Source: Raillietiella orientalis (taxonomy: Eukaryota). Taken from it: DNA of 64,000 nt. The DNA lies in contig JAYWIR010000002.1 of NCBI GenBank assembly GCA_036172245.1, positions 2,914,001-2,978,000 on the forward strand, given 5' to 3'. The notes beneath the pieces were generated by a model. It did no database searches and had not been told where the DNA came from. It saw nothing but the letters and a program-made list of their open reading frames with translations. The stretch's first letter is position 1, and each line of letters opens with the position of its first letter. Positions 50,359 to 64,000 of this stretch are shown one piece after another. A program made the position numbers and the translations under genes.

Positions 50359-51704
50359 ATTTCGATCACCCACTTAGCAAACTGGAAGTCAATCGGCACC
50401 TAAAACACACGGGCACACTTTCGCAATCGGGAAACCGGAAAGAACGGAAATGCTCGACTCGAAAAAGGTTGCTTTTTCGACGTTCCAAACGCATTGTTGC
50501 TGTTGGTGCACTTTAAGGCATGCAGACGGAAGAAACCCCGAATCAACCATCCTTATCTTGTGTTATCAATCGTTCTGATGTCTTCACCTTATCTGATTCT
50601 TATGGGTATCCCATGGTGCCGTCAACCACATTCTCATTGTGCTTTATACTTTATATCTACCAGCCATCCAGTGTTACGATCTTATACGCATAATGCTGGA
50701 TGCATTTGTGCACTTTGCTGACTTTCGGGATATCCGTCACCACGTTACTTGCTTCAAGGGACGCACCAAAGCACAACCGTTGGTCCGGCAAAACATTTAC
50801 CAGAAAACACACCAAGCACATCATTAAAATGCTATGCAAGCATCTTCTCCTACCGAGAAGCAATGAATGAAAGACAAAGCATCTGGGTTTTCTTTCTTCT
50901 TAGAAAAAAAAAAGAAAAACTAATTAACAGAAGAAAGGGGGAGTAAGGGGGGGGGGGGAAGAGAATTGAAAAGAACATCCGATGAATGGATGCAGGACGA
51001 ATCACAAGTAAAAGCAAGCTGTCAGAAGTTTTCAGGGTTTCTGAATTATGATGAGACTGTACCTTCAAGAACACATGCAGGAGCATCCGGATGTTGGACA
51101 AGCATTGCTCTAATCTGTTACCATTGTGCTGAAAACGTCCCACTTCCCTACGGGTCCGTGAGCTCGTTCGGCTTCGTGGCTGCCTTCGAGAAAAAAAGCA
51201 CCTGCCTGCAGGACAGGCACACATTCGTGTGCTACGATGCAGTAAACTACTTGTGTATTCCGTCTTCATTAGAAATGCTTGATTGCGTGCAACTTTGCAA
51301 TGATTTCGCAGAATCTGAGTACCGAATGGAAGCCGGAAAATGACTGTTGTGCTACGAAGTTCACATCTCGGAAAACTTGCGTCGGAACTTGGGGTCGCAG
51401 TGGGGCCATGAGAGATGGATGTAAGTCGAGCACGGGGCTCGAAACGCGGGCAAAACTTGTGACACCCACGCGGGGGAAAAAAGAAGAAGAAAAAATGCCC
51501 TGCTCAGTTTGCAGTCTAAGGCAACGAAGTGACGATGATGGGTCGGCATACCCTCACTACACTCGGAGATTGATGAAGACTGCTGCTGCTGCAGTGCGAA
51601 CTCTATCAGTATACGAATCGTGATGCGAAAATGAGCGCGACGAGGTGGTATCAAACTTCCGTGTTCATCCACACACCAATAATAAGGAAAAGCTGCATTC
51701 TGGA

Positions 51705-51790
51705 CACGGATAAAGGGACTAAATGGAGATCCCTGCCAACTGCAAAACTCTGACTCTCCAAATTTGTTGCAGACTTTGAATGGATCCTTA
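51705..51790 (-). mobile_element. Possible decayed LINE reverse transcriptase fragment
   Basis: KVCNKFGESEF...WQGSPFSP resembles V...G..S..F...G..QG.PLSP (RT motif B). Confidence 0.35.
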
Positions 51791-54700
51791 GTGGGAATCA
51801 AAAGTCCTATTCCCATCCCTCGACAGAGATGATTCCAGCAGACAATAACTCTGTCTAAAACGGGATCGTATAAACTGCCTTTTTGGAGAGAGAGAGAGCT
51901 TGGCTTACACCTCTGAGCCGGGGAATCAACAAGAAGACGGCTGACAAAAGAGCTGTGAAGTGACTTTGCTGAAAAAGCGTTGGGAAAATTAACTACATTA
52001 TTACACGAGCAGTTTCTTCTCTTCTCCTTCTTCTTTTTTTTTTTTTTTTTTTTTTACCTTCTATTTCGATCTATTTGACAGTGACAGTGAAGCGCCTACA
52101 GAACTTAATAAGGGGAGTTTCCGCGAAACTAATCTTCGCTGGAAGATAACACTGACAAGAAACAGAGAAAAATAGGACAGAACGAGTCAATAGCCAATAT
52201 GCTTTTCAAACATAAGTCAGTATTTATGATTGGAACAGTCTGTACTCTTGCTGTTGATTTCAAAGCAAAAAAAAAGAAAACAGCGGAACAACAAAAAGCA
52301 CGTCCTACCGTATGAGTTGAAAACGGACTTTTAGTTATTGAAGCTTCTCCGGCAATCCAGCTAAGGCAGCACACAAAGCTGCTTGCATCACGTGGAGACC
52401 TCGGTTGGTACAGTGCATGCACAAGGAAAGACATACCGACCTCCTCAGTTCTGGCTACTACGAGGACGCGTAAAGCCATGTTAAGCAACGTGTGAAAGAA
52501 ATGTTTCTGGTTTCTGCAAGAGCAACCGGAAGCTCCAGGGAACGTCTGCGGAACCCGCGCGCGCTCAAAGGCCGAAGATTCAAGACACGAAGAAGAGCGC
52601 TCGGTACGGGCGCAGGCCGGAGTCCTTGCGCGCTTCCTGGAGGGCCCACGGCATGCCAACTCGAGCTGAACTCCGAACTTGTGCTCTCTGGGTCGAGGTG
52701 CTGAGAAAATCAGCTGACGAATTTCGAGTGCCTATCCCTCGCGGAGATCGCGGTGCAGCGAAATTTGGAGGCGCTGGAGAGATGGGGAAGCGCCGAGTTT
52801 CTCCGACGTTACAGATGACGGCTTCCCAAACGTGACTTATTTTGTGTTTTGTCTGGAAAGAACCGGTGCTTTTTTTTGCGAGTGCGATGGGGGACACCCA
52901 CTCCAATGGGGGCCATCGAAGCGTCCGCAGGGCCGTACCTTCCGGTCGGACGAGTACCCTTCCGCTTCTGTCTTCCCGCGAGTGACGAGAGCCCGGTCTG
53001 TTTAGAAGTCGATTTTCTTTCTCTCTCTACAGTGAGGACCGCGTCTGGAGGGCGCACCAAAATGTCTCGAACCCTGGAATGCCTTCGGTTTCTGGGAAAG
53101 TTCAAACGGTGGGACGCCTCGCAAAGTCTCAGAAGGTTTCAGAAGGCGCGGTCACCCCTCGGCAACGGGGACAGGAAGCCATTCGGTGCGATTTCTTCGG
53201 GCGCGCCTGTACTCCGTGCACTGTATTCGTTTTTCTGCTAACGGCTGCAGCACTCGTAATGGCTTCGTCCTCTCATCTTGCTCACGTCAACTCCGTAAAA
53301 GACCAATTTTTCAAGAATCGCTCTGGCGATTCCCCCGTTAATAGCCAAGGAACAAATCTTCAATCATGCCTGAATTTAATTTCACGTGACGCATCCAGAG
53401 ACCTCTGCTCCATTGCAGATTGACACCACTCGTCCCGGACTTTCCTTCCCTGCGGAGGGAATTCCCCCGCCGAGTTTCGGAAGATCTTGCTGGGCCCGTT
53501 CATCCGGGAGGGTAGAAACGAAACCAAGGGGCGAGCCCTTCCCCTCCCCTCAAATCCACGGTGCTTCCCCCTCTCCCTTGGTTCCTTTAAATCCGTCAGA
53601 GCACCCGTTGTCCCTCCCGTTTTGTTTTCCTGCTTTTGGCGAGTCAAGAACTGCTTCTGCCCGGGAACGCTTTCCTGTTTTCGCAGCTTGCTATTTCGTC
53701 TCTGGAGAAGGCGGCTCTCTGGCTCTCTTGGAGTCCGAGGTCTCCGCCATCCCGACCGTCGTCGTGATTACCGGGTGCCTGGCTGGAACCCCACCGGGTC
53801 GAGATCACCGTTGGCATGGGCGACAGCAAGCGTTGCACCGGCGTTCTTACATCACAAGGCGTATCATACCGAGTACCCGGTACCATAGAAAGACTGTGCG
53901 GGAGGGGAAGTAGGGGAAGGGGCAAGGGGGAACAGGAAGTTGAAGTTCTACGAGCTGTACACTGATCCGGGGTGAGGGCGCCTCTTGAAAAAGCGGTGCA
54001 CCCTCGGGAACCACGGACTTCTGGAAAGCCGCTGTCAGGACGGCTCCTGTGAATCCACACGTTGTTTCGGCAAAGGGGACCGCGCGGAATGGTTGCGCCT
54101 ATCCGGCGGACCGGGAAGCAGGAGCGACGCAAGAGCCGAGGGAGACAACCTCGAGAAAGCGGAGGGACCGCAATCCTGCAGCATCCTCTGTGAGGACAAA
54201 GTGAAGGCAGGCCGTCCGTAGGCATTCACCGAGGCTCCTTTCCCTCCCTCCCCCCTCCCATGGATGTCCCTCACTGAGGATGCGAAACCTTCCGGAAGGC
54301 GTCGCCCCTTCTGGTGCCGAGTTGGAGCTTCTCCCCCCTCCTCGCTCCCGTAAGGGTGGTCTCGCGACAAAGGTGCTCATGCTGGTCTGAGTCGGCCGTT
54401 CCTGCGATCGGCAGCTGCGGGCTGACCGAAAAGGAGGCAGGCAGTGGCAGTGCTTGCGAATGGGGGAGAGGAGGGCGTCTCTCTCCCCAGAGAGTCCCCC
54501 GAAGGATGCATCCGAGATGCTTCTTGTCTCTTCTGCTGCCGCTTTCTTGGAGGGTGCCAGAAGTCGGGTGTGAATGCGCAGCATCCCCCGAGAGCTTGCG
54601 CGACCCTTCGGCTGCGTTCCCGAAATCCCCCGGAAAAGACCCTCACTCTCGGCACGTCCCGACGCGCCACCACTGCCGTCCAGAGGAGGGATCTGCGCCG

Positions 54701-57334
54701 TCTCGTCGTGGACGGCCACTGGTCCCGGCAAAGGGCGGTGGCGCTCGCTCGATGCGCGACGACGTCGAGCGAACGTTGTATCCTTCCTTCTCCTCCTCCG
54801 GTCGCCACGTATTCCAGGAGCCCGGGGCTACCTTTGATTCGCTGCTCGCCACACGGAATGGTCAGTTGCCGCTGACCGCTCTGTGCAGCGTCCTCCTCCG
54901 GAGGACGAAAAAACCCTATGGGAAACGGCTAATCCCGTTTGGGTGAGCGCACCCTACTCCCTTTCCTACTCACGGCGCGGGCCTCTTTGCTGAGGATAAG
55001 CTCTCGCCGACCCCTCACTTTCCTAACCGATGCTCCGGCGATGAGACTGCCGCCGAACGGACTTCAGGAAGTGACATAAGGAGGGATCGGTTGCGTAAGT
55101 AAAACAAGGTGAAACAGAAAGACCGCTGGTTCTCCGCGCCGGCCGATTCGTGCTCTCGGCTCCTCCCGAAGCTCACAGGAATCTGGACCGAACTGCTTTC
55201 CCCTTCAGCCGTGCGGTCCCTTTCTTGCCCTGCGACCGCTCTCTTCCTGGGTCATCAGTGAAAATTGTTTCTTGACCACCTCGCACCTTCAACCGTCTCG
55301 CCGCTTCCCCGCCACCGCTTCCGGGACCTGCGACGCACCCGACGCGCTTCCATAAAGCGCGCAGAGGCAAAATGGATGTAGAAGGAGGGTGGCAGGCGGG
55401 TTCTTTCCGGAGTCGCTCGTCTCCAGCTTCCCCTGCCTCTCCCGCCAGCGCAAGATGGTGCGCACTCCGTCATGGTGAACGACAAAGGCACCTCCTAAGC
55501 AGCACGCTCCTCGTTTGAGGAGCGAGCGCGTTGCTCCCGGGGAGGAAGGCAGGAACCGCGAAGCAGCAGCTGTGGGCGGAGATCACCCATACCGGGAGCG
55601 CGCGCCACGGGGTCGCCTTCAGGCTCTGTTTTGATCCCTCTGGTTGGGACGCGGATAGTCGCCCGTCTTCCCATGCAGGACCATTCCGAATGGCGCTCCC
55701 TCCTCTCTCTTCTGAAGGCATAAACCCAGTTCCTGACGTTACCAAGGGATTCGCCGCTGCACCACGACGGAGCGGGATGGCTGCTTGGGCGAGTCTCGCG
55801 CGCCGCCTTCGGGCCAGGAACGGCGGGCCACCCGCTCCCCTTCTGAGAAAATTCTACACTCTTCGCCTTCCCCCTCCCTCCCGCAGCACGGAGAGCGCTC
55901 CATGGAAGCTCCATGAACGAAAGGATCCCAGAAGGCAGCACCGCGGTATGAGTGGTGGTGGTCAGTTCCACTCAAGTACGTGACCAGAGTCATCGGTTTG
56001 GGCAGACCACGCGCAACCTTGACCGCGCTGACGGTGCAGATCCACCTGCTGGCATCCGACGCGCCAGACGAGCAACAAGATGGCAGGCGCGCGCGCGCGC
56101 GTTGCCTGACAGGAGCAACGCAGACCTGGCATCCACCGCACCGTTAGCGCAGCATCAGCGCTACGTCAAGTCGAAAGTCGGTCCGGACCCCGCGGAGCAC
56201 GAAACGAAGAGCAGCTGGTCGAGAGGAGCGGCCGAGTCCTGACAGTGAAGGAGCATCGAAACTTCTGGAAACGCAGAACCATCCAGGCGAGTGTGTGCGG
56301 AGGAAACAAGAGAGGTTTTTTCTTTGTTCCCCGGGAAGAGACAGAGAGAGAGAGAAAACGGAACCAATGATTGGAACTGCATTTTGTTTGTTTATGAAAA
56401 AGCGAAAGATGCCACGGCAATCTCCACTTGATTTTTTTTTTTTTTTTTTTTTACAGACGAGTCATCGCGACGTTCCTGCTTTCCACCACTCATCGTTTTA
56501 GAACGGAAGGACCGTCAACGACCTATCCCATCAAGCCAATTATTATAATGACAGATTCTTCCGAACGGCGAGCGATCATTCAGCCAGAGGTCACGGTCGT
56601 CTGGGACGGACGCCCTCCTCAATTTACTCACTCTAACAATCGCTCCTTTCTCCTTTCCTGGAATTTTCTTCCGCGATTTTCGGCAGTGCCACACTTGGGC
56701 ACGGCAGCTGCACTCTTTCGTTGGGTTTCACACACGTCTGGGCGAGCGCAAGGACTGCTCGTTCGCTGGTGTGAATCACGACGCGCTGGTCAGTGCTGTT
56801 GACGCACATCTGCAGGCCTTGAAATCTGCGGGAGGGTGCATCGTTGGGTTCCCGAGGTCTTCGCGTCCGAGATGCTCGCTCGTCCCGTCGAGCCTACTCC
56901 TTTCTCTCTTCCCTTTTCGAGATGCCTCCAGACGGAGGCAACGAACGACGACCAAACGAACGAAGGTTCTGGAAGCAAGGCCACTTGGTCCGGTGCTTGG
57001 AAGAGACCTTGGTTCCTGAGGGGGGGAGCCAGCAGCGGCAGCAACAGGACTTCATCTTCATTTTTCTCATGTCCTCTTGCAGCCGGTCCACTTGGCGCTG
57101 CCAGCACCGTTTGCAGAAACACAACGACAAACTACGCGGCGGTTGAAAGACGATGGTGCAGGGAATCCTCTGCGTTGTCCTGGAGACCTCTGACAGGGGA
57201 AATCGTGGAATGGAGGACGCATGTGCAACAACGTAACTCTGATCAACTCCGTGATTTCTTTTGAGCAAGCAGAGAGCCTCAGAAGCTTGCGGTCGGTGCT
57301 GTGGCTTTCCGGACGTTGGACAGGGTGCCACCAG

Positions 57335-57460
57335 AAATCCTTGGAGGGCAATGTGCGGAACGACGAGCACAGTCCGAATTTGCAAAAAACAGATCGTTTT
57401 GGAGGAATATCCTGTGGAATGGAAGAGTGCCGCAGGGCGAAAACCGTTGGTCAAAAGATT
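57335..57460 (+). mobile_element. Possible decayed RTE-like LINE C-terminal fragment
   Basis: WRAMCGTTSTVRICKKQIVLEEYPVEWKSAAGRKPL resembles W.GHV.R....R..K..L...P...R..GRP..RW. Confidence 0.35.
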
Positions 57461-60344
57461 AAACAATTATCGAGAAGGGCAATCCAAGACCACGATTTGG
57501 TCAGGGACACTTCGGGATGGAGAGATACCATTCAGTCCAGGAAGGCAATCGCTTCCCTTCGCTGGATTTCCAAGACAAAGACAGAACGGCTCAAATGATG
57601 TATCTCTCCCAGAATGCTAGGAGACACGGAAGATAAATTGGTGATTTCTAGATGACTAATGAATTTTCCCGAGAAAGTAGGCTATGCCCTTGGTAGGGTG
57701 CAATAGCATACGGGAAAAACGTGTACAGGAGATCCACAAATCACACGCACACGCAAATAATCTGAAACTCAAGCCAACAAACTCACACCCAATATATTTG
57801 CGAAAGGTTAACAGAAAAGTCCGGCGAAAAGGGTCGATCGTTCCAATAAAACGGGAGAAAGCGTTTCGCCGTGTTTGAGATCCGTTCGCGAGAGTCCGGA
57901 GGGAAAGAAGACGGTCAACGTGCTACCATTCGGCCATGTAATCAGTATCGGACTACGTCAAAATCAATACCGGCGGAACAAGGGGAAGATCGCCGGAGGG
58001 GCGGCACCGGCGAAAATGACCGCCAGGTTGATAAATTCTTCACACTTTGCACTCCGCCACTAATTCATGGCCATCATAATTCTGCGGAAAAGTGACACTC
58101 TTGTGGAAGGCGAGGAAAAATCCTTTGAAAGAATGTGATCACACGAACGCTTTCGGCCAGCCGTGCATAACTCATCCCTCCTCCCGGACGATGCGCGGAG
58201 GAGGGAGTGCGCGCGTCGGGCTCGCCCGTGCGCACGCGCGCGCACTCGCCCGCCCGCCCGAGGTGACCACCTCCTTCGACGACCGGCGCGAGCACTTCCC
58301 CGACGCACGCACCGCGAGCGAAGGCCAACTCACCCCCAACCGGAAGATTGGCTTACCTTCTGCGCACCACGGACGCGCTCCGCCGTTCCGCTCGCTCGCA
58401 CCGACGCGCCTCTCCCACTCCTCATCAACAATGCAGCTGCTGGTAAGCGACGCGCGCTCGGGAAGAGAAAGCGCTAATGCGGCTTTACGGCGCAGTAAAC
58501 GCTGCCGTGTTCGACTGCCGCCGGGGACCCTATCGCACACCGTAAATTATACAACAGTTTCTGACCGAAGAAGCTCCACGGCTTCGTGGAAGGCACGGAA
58601 TCTTTCCGAGCCGGCCTCGAGCACTCACGGGAAAGCGGGAAGGAGAGCAGGTCTTCGGCTCGAGAAGTTTTCCCGTGCTGCAGCCACGGGTCCTCGCGTT
58701 CCGAGCAACGGTCGGCGCGCTGGTGCCGACTTTCTTCTGCTGTTGTTCCCCTTCCCCCCCCCCCCTCGCCCCCTTCCTTTTGCATTTCATTGACTTCGGC
58801 AAAATATTAATCATCGTCTTGAAGAGGGGAGGAGGGGTGAGGGGGGGGGGGGAAGGAAGAGCGCAAATCATATTCTCGTTCCTTCCGCATCTAGAATGGC
58901 GTCGTCTTTTTTATCCCGGGTCCTTCATCCCTGCGACGCAGCGGCAAGATTCTGGACCGTTTCCCTGACGCGCTCCTCCTGCCTTGCTTTTTTTCTCTTT
59001 TCCGTGGCGTGGATGTCCGCCATGTGCACGCATCCGTACGTGTACACAGTTCCGTGTAGATCGTTCCCATCCGCCGTCCTCCGTGTACGAACACACTGGG
59101 GAAGCCGTGCACGCCTCTGTGTGTGTTTGCCGAAATCGCCTCCTGAAAATATTGATTTTTAAATCGAGTTTTGATTTTCAAGATGGAGAAGAAGCGAAAA
59201 CGTGGGTTTCCGCCGCCGCCGCCGGATGTTTTTTTTTTTTTTTTTTCTGGGGTGGGTGGGGGTGGGGGCGGGGGGATTCCTGCGTCGGCCGGAGTGGCAG
59301 ACAAATGGCTCCATTGTGCGATCATCATCGGCTCACGCTTGCGGCGCGCTGTTAACATGCAAAACGGAGAAGGAAACGGCAGGATGATGAATGCGAGCCA
59401 CTCTGTTTTGATGCAAGATGCGGGGCTTGCTCGTGGACCCATCTCAACGCACTTGGGGAAGTCGGAAGAGTCGGAGCCACTCTCGTTCGCACCTCGATCT
59501 TCGAAGAACGGCAAGCATCCTTCCTTCCTTCCTTCTTTCCCTCCCCCCTTTTACAAGGGGAAAAGAGAAAGTATTTTCTAATATCCTAGTCGGGCACCGA
59601 TCGCCGCCATTTGTTTGTTTTTGCTTTTGTGTTTTCCCAATCAATTTCCACTTGAATTCAGTCATCCGAGAACGCTGCCAATGCCACCCCAGAATTACAC
59701 ACGCACTTGGCGAACTTTGGAAAACTTCGTGTGGAATTTTCCATGTTTTCCAACGTTTTAAGAGTTCCTTCGACAAACTTTCAATGCACTGATGGGGATG
59801 GAGGGGTGAACGTGAGTTGCTAATGCAGCGCATCCTCATGTCATTGACTTTTTATCCCAGTGAGCCTTGCACACGCGTGAGTTGATCCCATGCCAACTGC
59901 CGGTCAAGACAAATAAACGAGTGGAGATGGAAAGTACCACTGCTCGGAACTGGGTGTCTCTGCTTTATTAACACCAACTGTTCGTCGAAACCCTGGGCAG
60001 AGGTCGTCTTCAGGAATGGAATGGCACGCAGAGCAAACAAGCTCTTCTTCTTCGGGACGGCCCTAATGTGTTGCAAAATTCAGAGGGAAAGGAAAAAAAA
60101 AAAAAAATTCCCAACTGGAAACGGGAGCCTCGAGGATGAATTTCGAAGATGTTCTTCTTTTTTCCTCTTGCGGAGGGAAAACCTCCTGAAACCGTGACTT
60201 CCGTTTCTCTGGCAGGTTTGGTCCGCAGTATTGCAAGCTAATTGCTCTCCAGAACAGTTGCCCGAAACCGATGCTTTTTATCTTCAGCGGGGCCTGCTTA
60301 TGATAACGATGCAGTACTCAGCGCAAGAAGGGGCCCATGGGGTC

Positions 60345-60500
60345 GGATGCGCTGCGCTAATGAGGAACCACCTGTAGGAACGCCCGAGATCCCACACACG
60401 AAATAGGCGCAACTAGGCCGGAACGCTTCGAGGTCCGGCAATGTAGAATCGATAACTGCGAACCTTCTATCGTAAGCACGATCTAAATCCATCAGCAGGC
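60345..60500 (-). mobile_element. Possible decayed LINE reverse transcriptase fragment
   Basis: LLMDLDRAYDR (motif A-like D..KAYD) followed in the same frame by GVPTGGSSL (GVPQG-like motif B). Confidence 0.4.
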
Positions 60501-60879
60501 GGACGCCAGTTGCAGGAAACCATCATAGATGGCGCTAAATCTCCTTGTCAGCATTTGTGATGCGACAAATGTTGTTGTTGCATCCGTGCGCTTCGGATGA
60601 CGATGTTTCGTGAGATGAATCACATACGTGCGATGGCATCATGAGCGTGCATCCCGTGAAGGATGCAAAACACAAAACGCCGGATCTGGAGGCGAGTCGC
60701 TTCTCCTCGACCCCTTCCTGTATCCAAACAGGAATGAACTATTAATTACAGATTTTTGTTGCCATTCAGTGGCCATCAATGCCTGGATAGCGATGGAAAT
60801 GACGCAGTTTCGAAAGATGCTTGCCATGCTCCTCTCCGGGAGCGGGAAGAATGGATTTTTCCGATCTCTGGGTTCAGGG

Positions 60880-60962
60880 AAACGCATTAAAGTTGCCAGA
60901 TAAAGCACCTCAAACTTTTCCATTACTTCCTGGAAGCTCCGAGAACCTATCGATAGTTTCAA
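60880..60962 (-). mobile_element. Possible decayed LINE RT-thumb fragment
   Basis: KLSIGSRSFQEVMEKFEVLYLATL resembles I.I.G....V..F.YLG. Confidence 0.25.
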
Positions 60963-62220
60963 AGTCTAGGCAAATGTGATCTTTCGGAGTTTGTTCTCCT
61001 CAATAAATCAGCCGCTCCTCAATCAATCTCAATTTGGATTAGACGGAAACCACTGGCGAAGTAAACCACACCGAGATATATACCGGTTATTACCAAGGGA
61101 TACGTGTTCTTCTCCTGAACGCAGACATCCGAATGTTCACAAAACACTGCTCCCAGGCTTTGGCGAAGGTGGCTGTGCCAGGCATCGAAACGAAAGCATC
61201 CAGCGGAACCTCCAGCATTTGAAGACAGCCTGTTAAAGTGCGAGTCAGCTCATGGTGCTGAGGAAAGTAACGACAACTTTGGTTTCATTTGAAGAGAACG
61301 GGTCTGGGGTCACCATCGGCAGACTCGTCTTTTTCGTTTGGGAACTTTCAGCGAAAACAGACGCACTGCTGAGGAAGATGTTCCCAGGCGCGGACTCCGA
61401 TACGAGAAACGATGAAAAAGATCCGATCTGCCGCGAATTTCTAGAGTCCCCATTAATCTTCATCCCATTTGATTTCAGTCGATTCGAACATTAATGCGTC
61501 CGTAACAACTTGCAGCGGTTGATCGACCAAATGACGGAAACGTCCGCATCGCTTCTTCCACAGCCAGAAACGCAGCACTTTGTTTCATCCGCAACACAGA
61601 AACCGGAGATGTAACGGCACACTTGAATGCTAGCGAGATGACACCTTGGGGGAGAGATGAAAAAAGATGCCTACACGAACCCGATCGTCAAACTTTATTA
61701 AATCACACAGGCTCGTTGATCTTAATTGCCTTTTGAGATTCCCAAGATCAAAAGCTTTCGGAAAATGGAAGGATGATGCCACTAATGAAGGAAACAAGAT
61801 TCATTGCATATGGGACCAAGTGAAGCCGTCACTTGGGCTCCCTCCCTGCACCAGCGCGTGCTGGGCGCAGCAACGGATAAAACTCGGATGGATGGTCCAG
61901 CCTGTCCTGCCTGTCATCCGAGCGTCACATTTGTAATGCCTCTGCATATCAAACGGCACACTTTTAATAGCGAGCGATCCGTGTGAAACTTGGCACTCGG
62001 AACGGTCCACAGCGAAGAGGAGGAAGAAGAAGAGGATTGTCGACAAGCACTGGATGGTGACATCTGTTGATGATCCCGAGAACAATAATACTCCTTCCTT
62101 TCTTTCCTTTTCATTGTTTGCGAAAACAAAAAAAAAATCGGGAAAGCGCAAAGAAAATTCGGGAAGCTTCCCGACTCTCTCTCTCTCTCTCGGATTTTTC
62201 AGATCATTCGAAGCGACTGC

Positions 62221-62258
<38 letters not shown>

Positions 62259-63394
62259 ATGCAAAATCAAAATCAAAAATTGGTATTAAGGAGCATCGAG
62301 CTTCATTGGTACCGTTGCCGAGCTTCAGCGCCTTGATGGCATTCACGTCTTGATGCAAGGTTGCCACACTCGAAAAATGGGGAAAACGAAAAGCAACAAT
62401 AAGAAAAAAAAAAAAAAAAAAGCAATCACGGTAAACCTACAAGGATGCCAGTTCTGTGATGAGTGTATCTGCAGAGGTGCGTTGCACCGCAGCTAGATGA
62501 GCTGGGAGTGCTAGGAGAGAGAGAAAGAAGAAAAAGGAGAGACAGAAGAGCCCCCCCCCAAAAAAATACCATTTGCTGCCTCCTAGAAGACGACAAATAA
62601 ACAATACGTGTTTCCGGCCGTATATCTCATTACGCCCAGACGCACATACAAAGGAATTTTCCATCTGTGAAAGAAAAAGAAAAAGAAAATGAGAATTTAT
62701 TAAAGCATATTGCCATGGCAATAATCTTCTTCCTCTTTTTTTCATTCCGGAGTATTTAATTTATGGAGCTTTGGGATAACACCCAATAGATCATTACATT
62801 AATAAAATAAGAGTGCGCAACACGAGAACGTGTGTACGCATCCTGAATGGAAATCAAGAAATGCTATTTGTTTCCGCCAATCTTATTTATCTGTATACAA
62901 GCTGACAAAGTAACGTATTGTGGATTCCACTTCTTGCAGCTCGGATCACCGAGACTGAATGACAATGCTGAGCGATTCCTTCATATTTTTCCTCTCCACT
63001 TTTTCCCTCTTCTTAGCTGCTTTATTGCAGAGTTTTTTTTTTTCTTTGAGCGTTTCTGTGAGAACCCGTAGAGACGCTGGAGCTGTCACTGTGATACGTC
63101 TGCGATTAGTTACATCAGACAAAACCGTCGATATCAACTGCTGAAGAGTAATTCTTCCGGTTTGGACGGTGGTGATCCAACATCGGATTATAAAGGGGCG
63201 GAAAAGGTTGCGATCCCACAGCCAAAGTGCAGGCAGGGCGGGCGGGTGGGGGGTGCTCCCGAGATCTTTGCAAAGCATGGCTATCTGAGGCACGCCAGAA
63301 AAGGTGAAGCCCCTGCTTTTAGTTAGCCATTAGTTAACCGCAGCTGACCTGCTTGCAGCGTGAGAAAGGAAGACGACAGAGCACGCTGGGATGG

Positions 63395-63480
63395 CATGCG
63401 CCATGCCTTCCTTACCAATATCACGTCGACGGTCGCTGATTGGACGGTCTTCATTGATAAAGCAGCAGCAGACACATTAA
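63395..63480 (+). mobile_element. Possible decayed LINE reverse transcriptase fragment
   Basis: RHAFLTNITSTVAD and VFIDKAAADT resemble Q.GF....ST.D and FID..KAFDT. Confidence 0.25.
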
Positions 63481-64000
63481 TTTGTATTTTAAATTTTCGA
63501 ATCAACGCAAGGAGTACCCAAGGCTTGGTACGACATTCGAAAGTTGCTCGCCCACGCTAAAATTCCCTCTAGCATTCGAAATTAGGGGAAAGGATCTCTT
63601 GTGCGTGCGTCCGTGCATGCGTGCGCGTGTATGTGTGTGTGTTTGCTTTCCTTCCTCGTGTGGCTACGGAGAAAGAAGGAAACCCTCCCTGACGGACGTA
63701 AAGAACTTCCGCAGACGACGGTTTGTTGGCTGGCTGCCCCCCCCCCCCCCCTCCCTTCCATCCCCCCGCGCAGCCTATTCTCTTGGCTGCTTGTTCATTC
63801 ATTTGCCAAATGGCTCGTGGTCCGGGAGCGCTCCCGACGCCCGAGCAAGCTGCAAGCGGTGCGGGCGATGTTCTTTTGAGCGCGGGATTTTAAAGCAACG
63901 ATTAGACGAAGTCCCGCAGATGGTGGCGCTGGCGACATGGAAACCAGCTAATTAAGTTTCAAACTATTCGGGAGATCGTGTTTCGAGGCGCGGTACTTGG

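Noticed and set aside
1..64000. CRISPR arrays, rRNA genes, intact transposons, prokaryotic operons
   Set aside because: None seen. There are no regularly spaced repeats, and the window is intron-containing eukaryotic DNA.

Overview
Eukaryotic (invertebrate animal) nuclear DNA with many very short spliceosomal introns. A clade I nematode or an annelid-like lineage is plausible but cannot be determined from the sequence. Five conserved multi-exon genes can be spliced by hand: MICOS Mic60/mitofilin (+, 24665-27520), CTP synthase (+, 29442-32533), an MTRES1/C6orf203-like S4-domain protein (+, 32839-33893), homogentisate 1,2-dioxygenase (+, 39296-44124) and a mitochondrial ALDH2-type aldehyde dehydrogenase (-, 44632-50358). 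The window also holds a decayed mitochondrial insertion spanning the nad6-cob junction (about 15.8-16.3 kb), a 5'-truncated, frameshifted restriction-like-endonuclease non-LTR retrotransposon of NeSL/Utopia type with a 131-bp second copy of its 3' end, a small two-exon single-pass membrane protein gene, a perfect 54-bp palindrome in an HGD intron and scattered LINE fossils. Composition is strongly mosaic: an AT-rich, CpG-poor housekeeping block contrasts with GC/CpG-rich blocks. I found no convincing novel multi-gene system. The most interesting signals are the NUMT, the off-target RLE element, three GC-AG introns among about 41, the CpG mosaic and orphan small genes.
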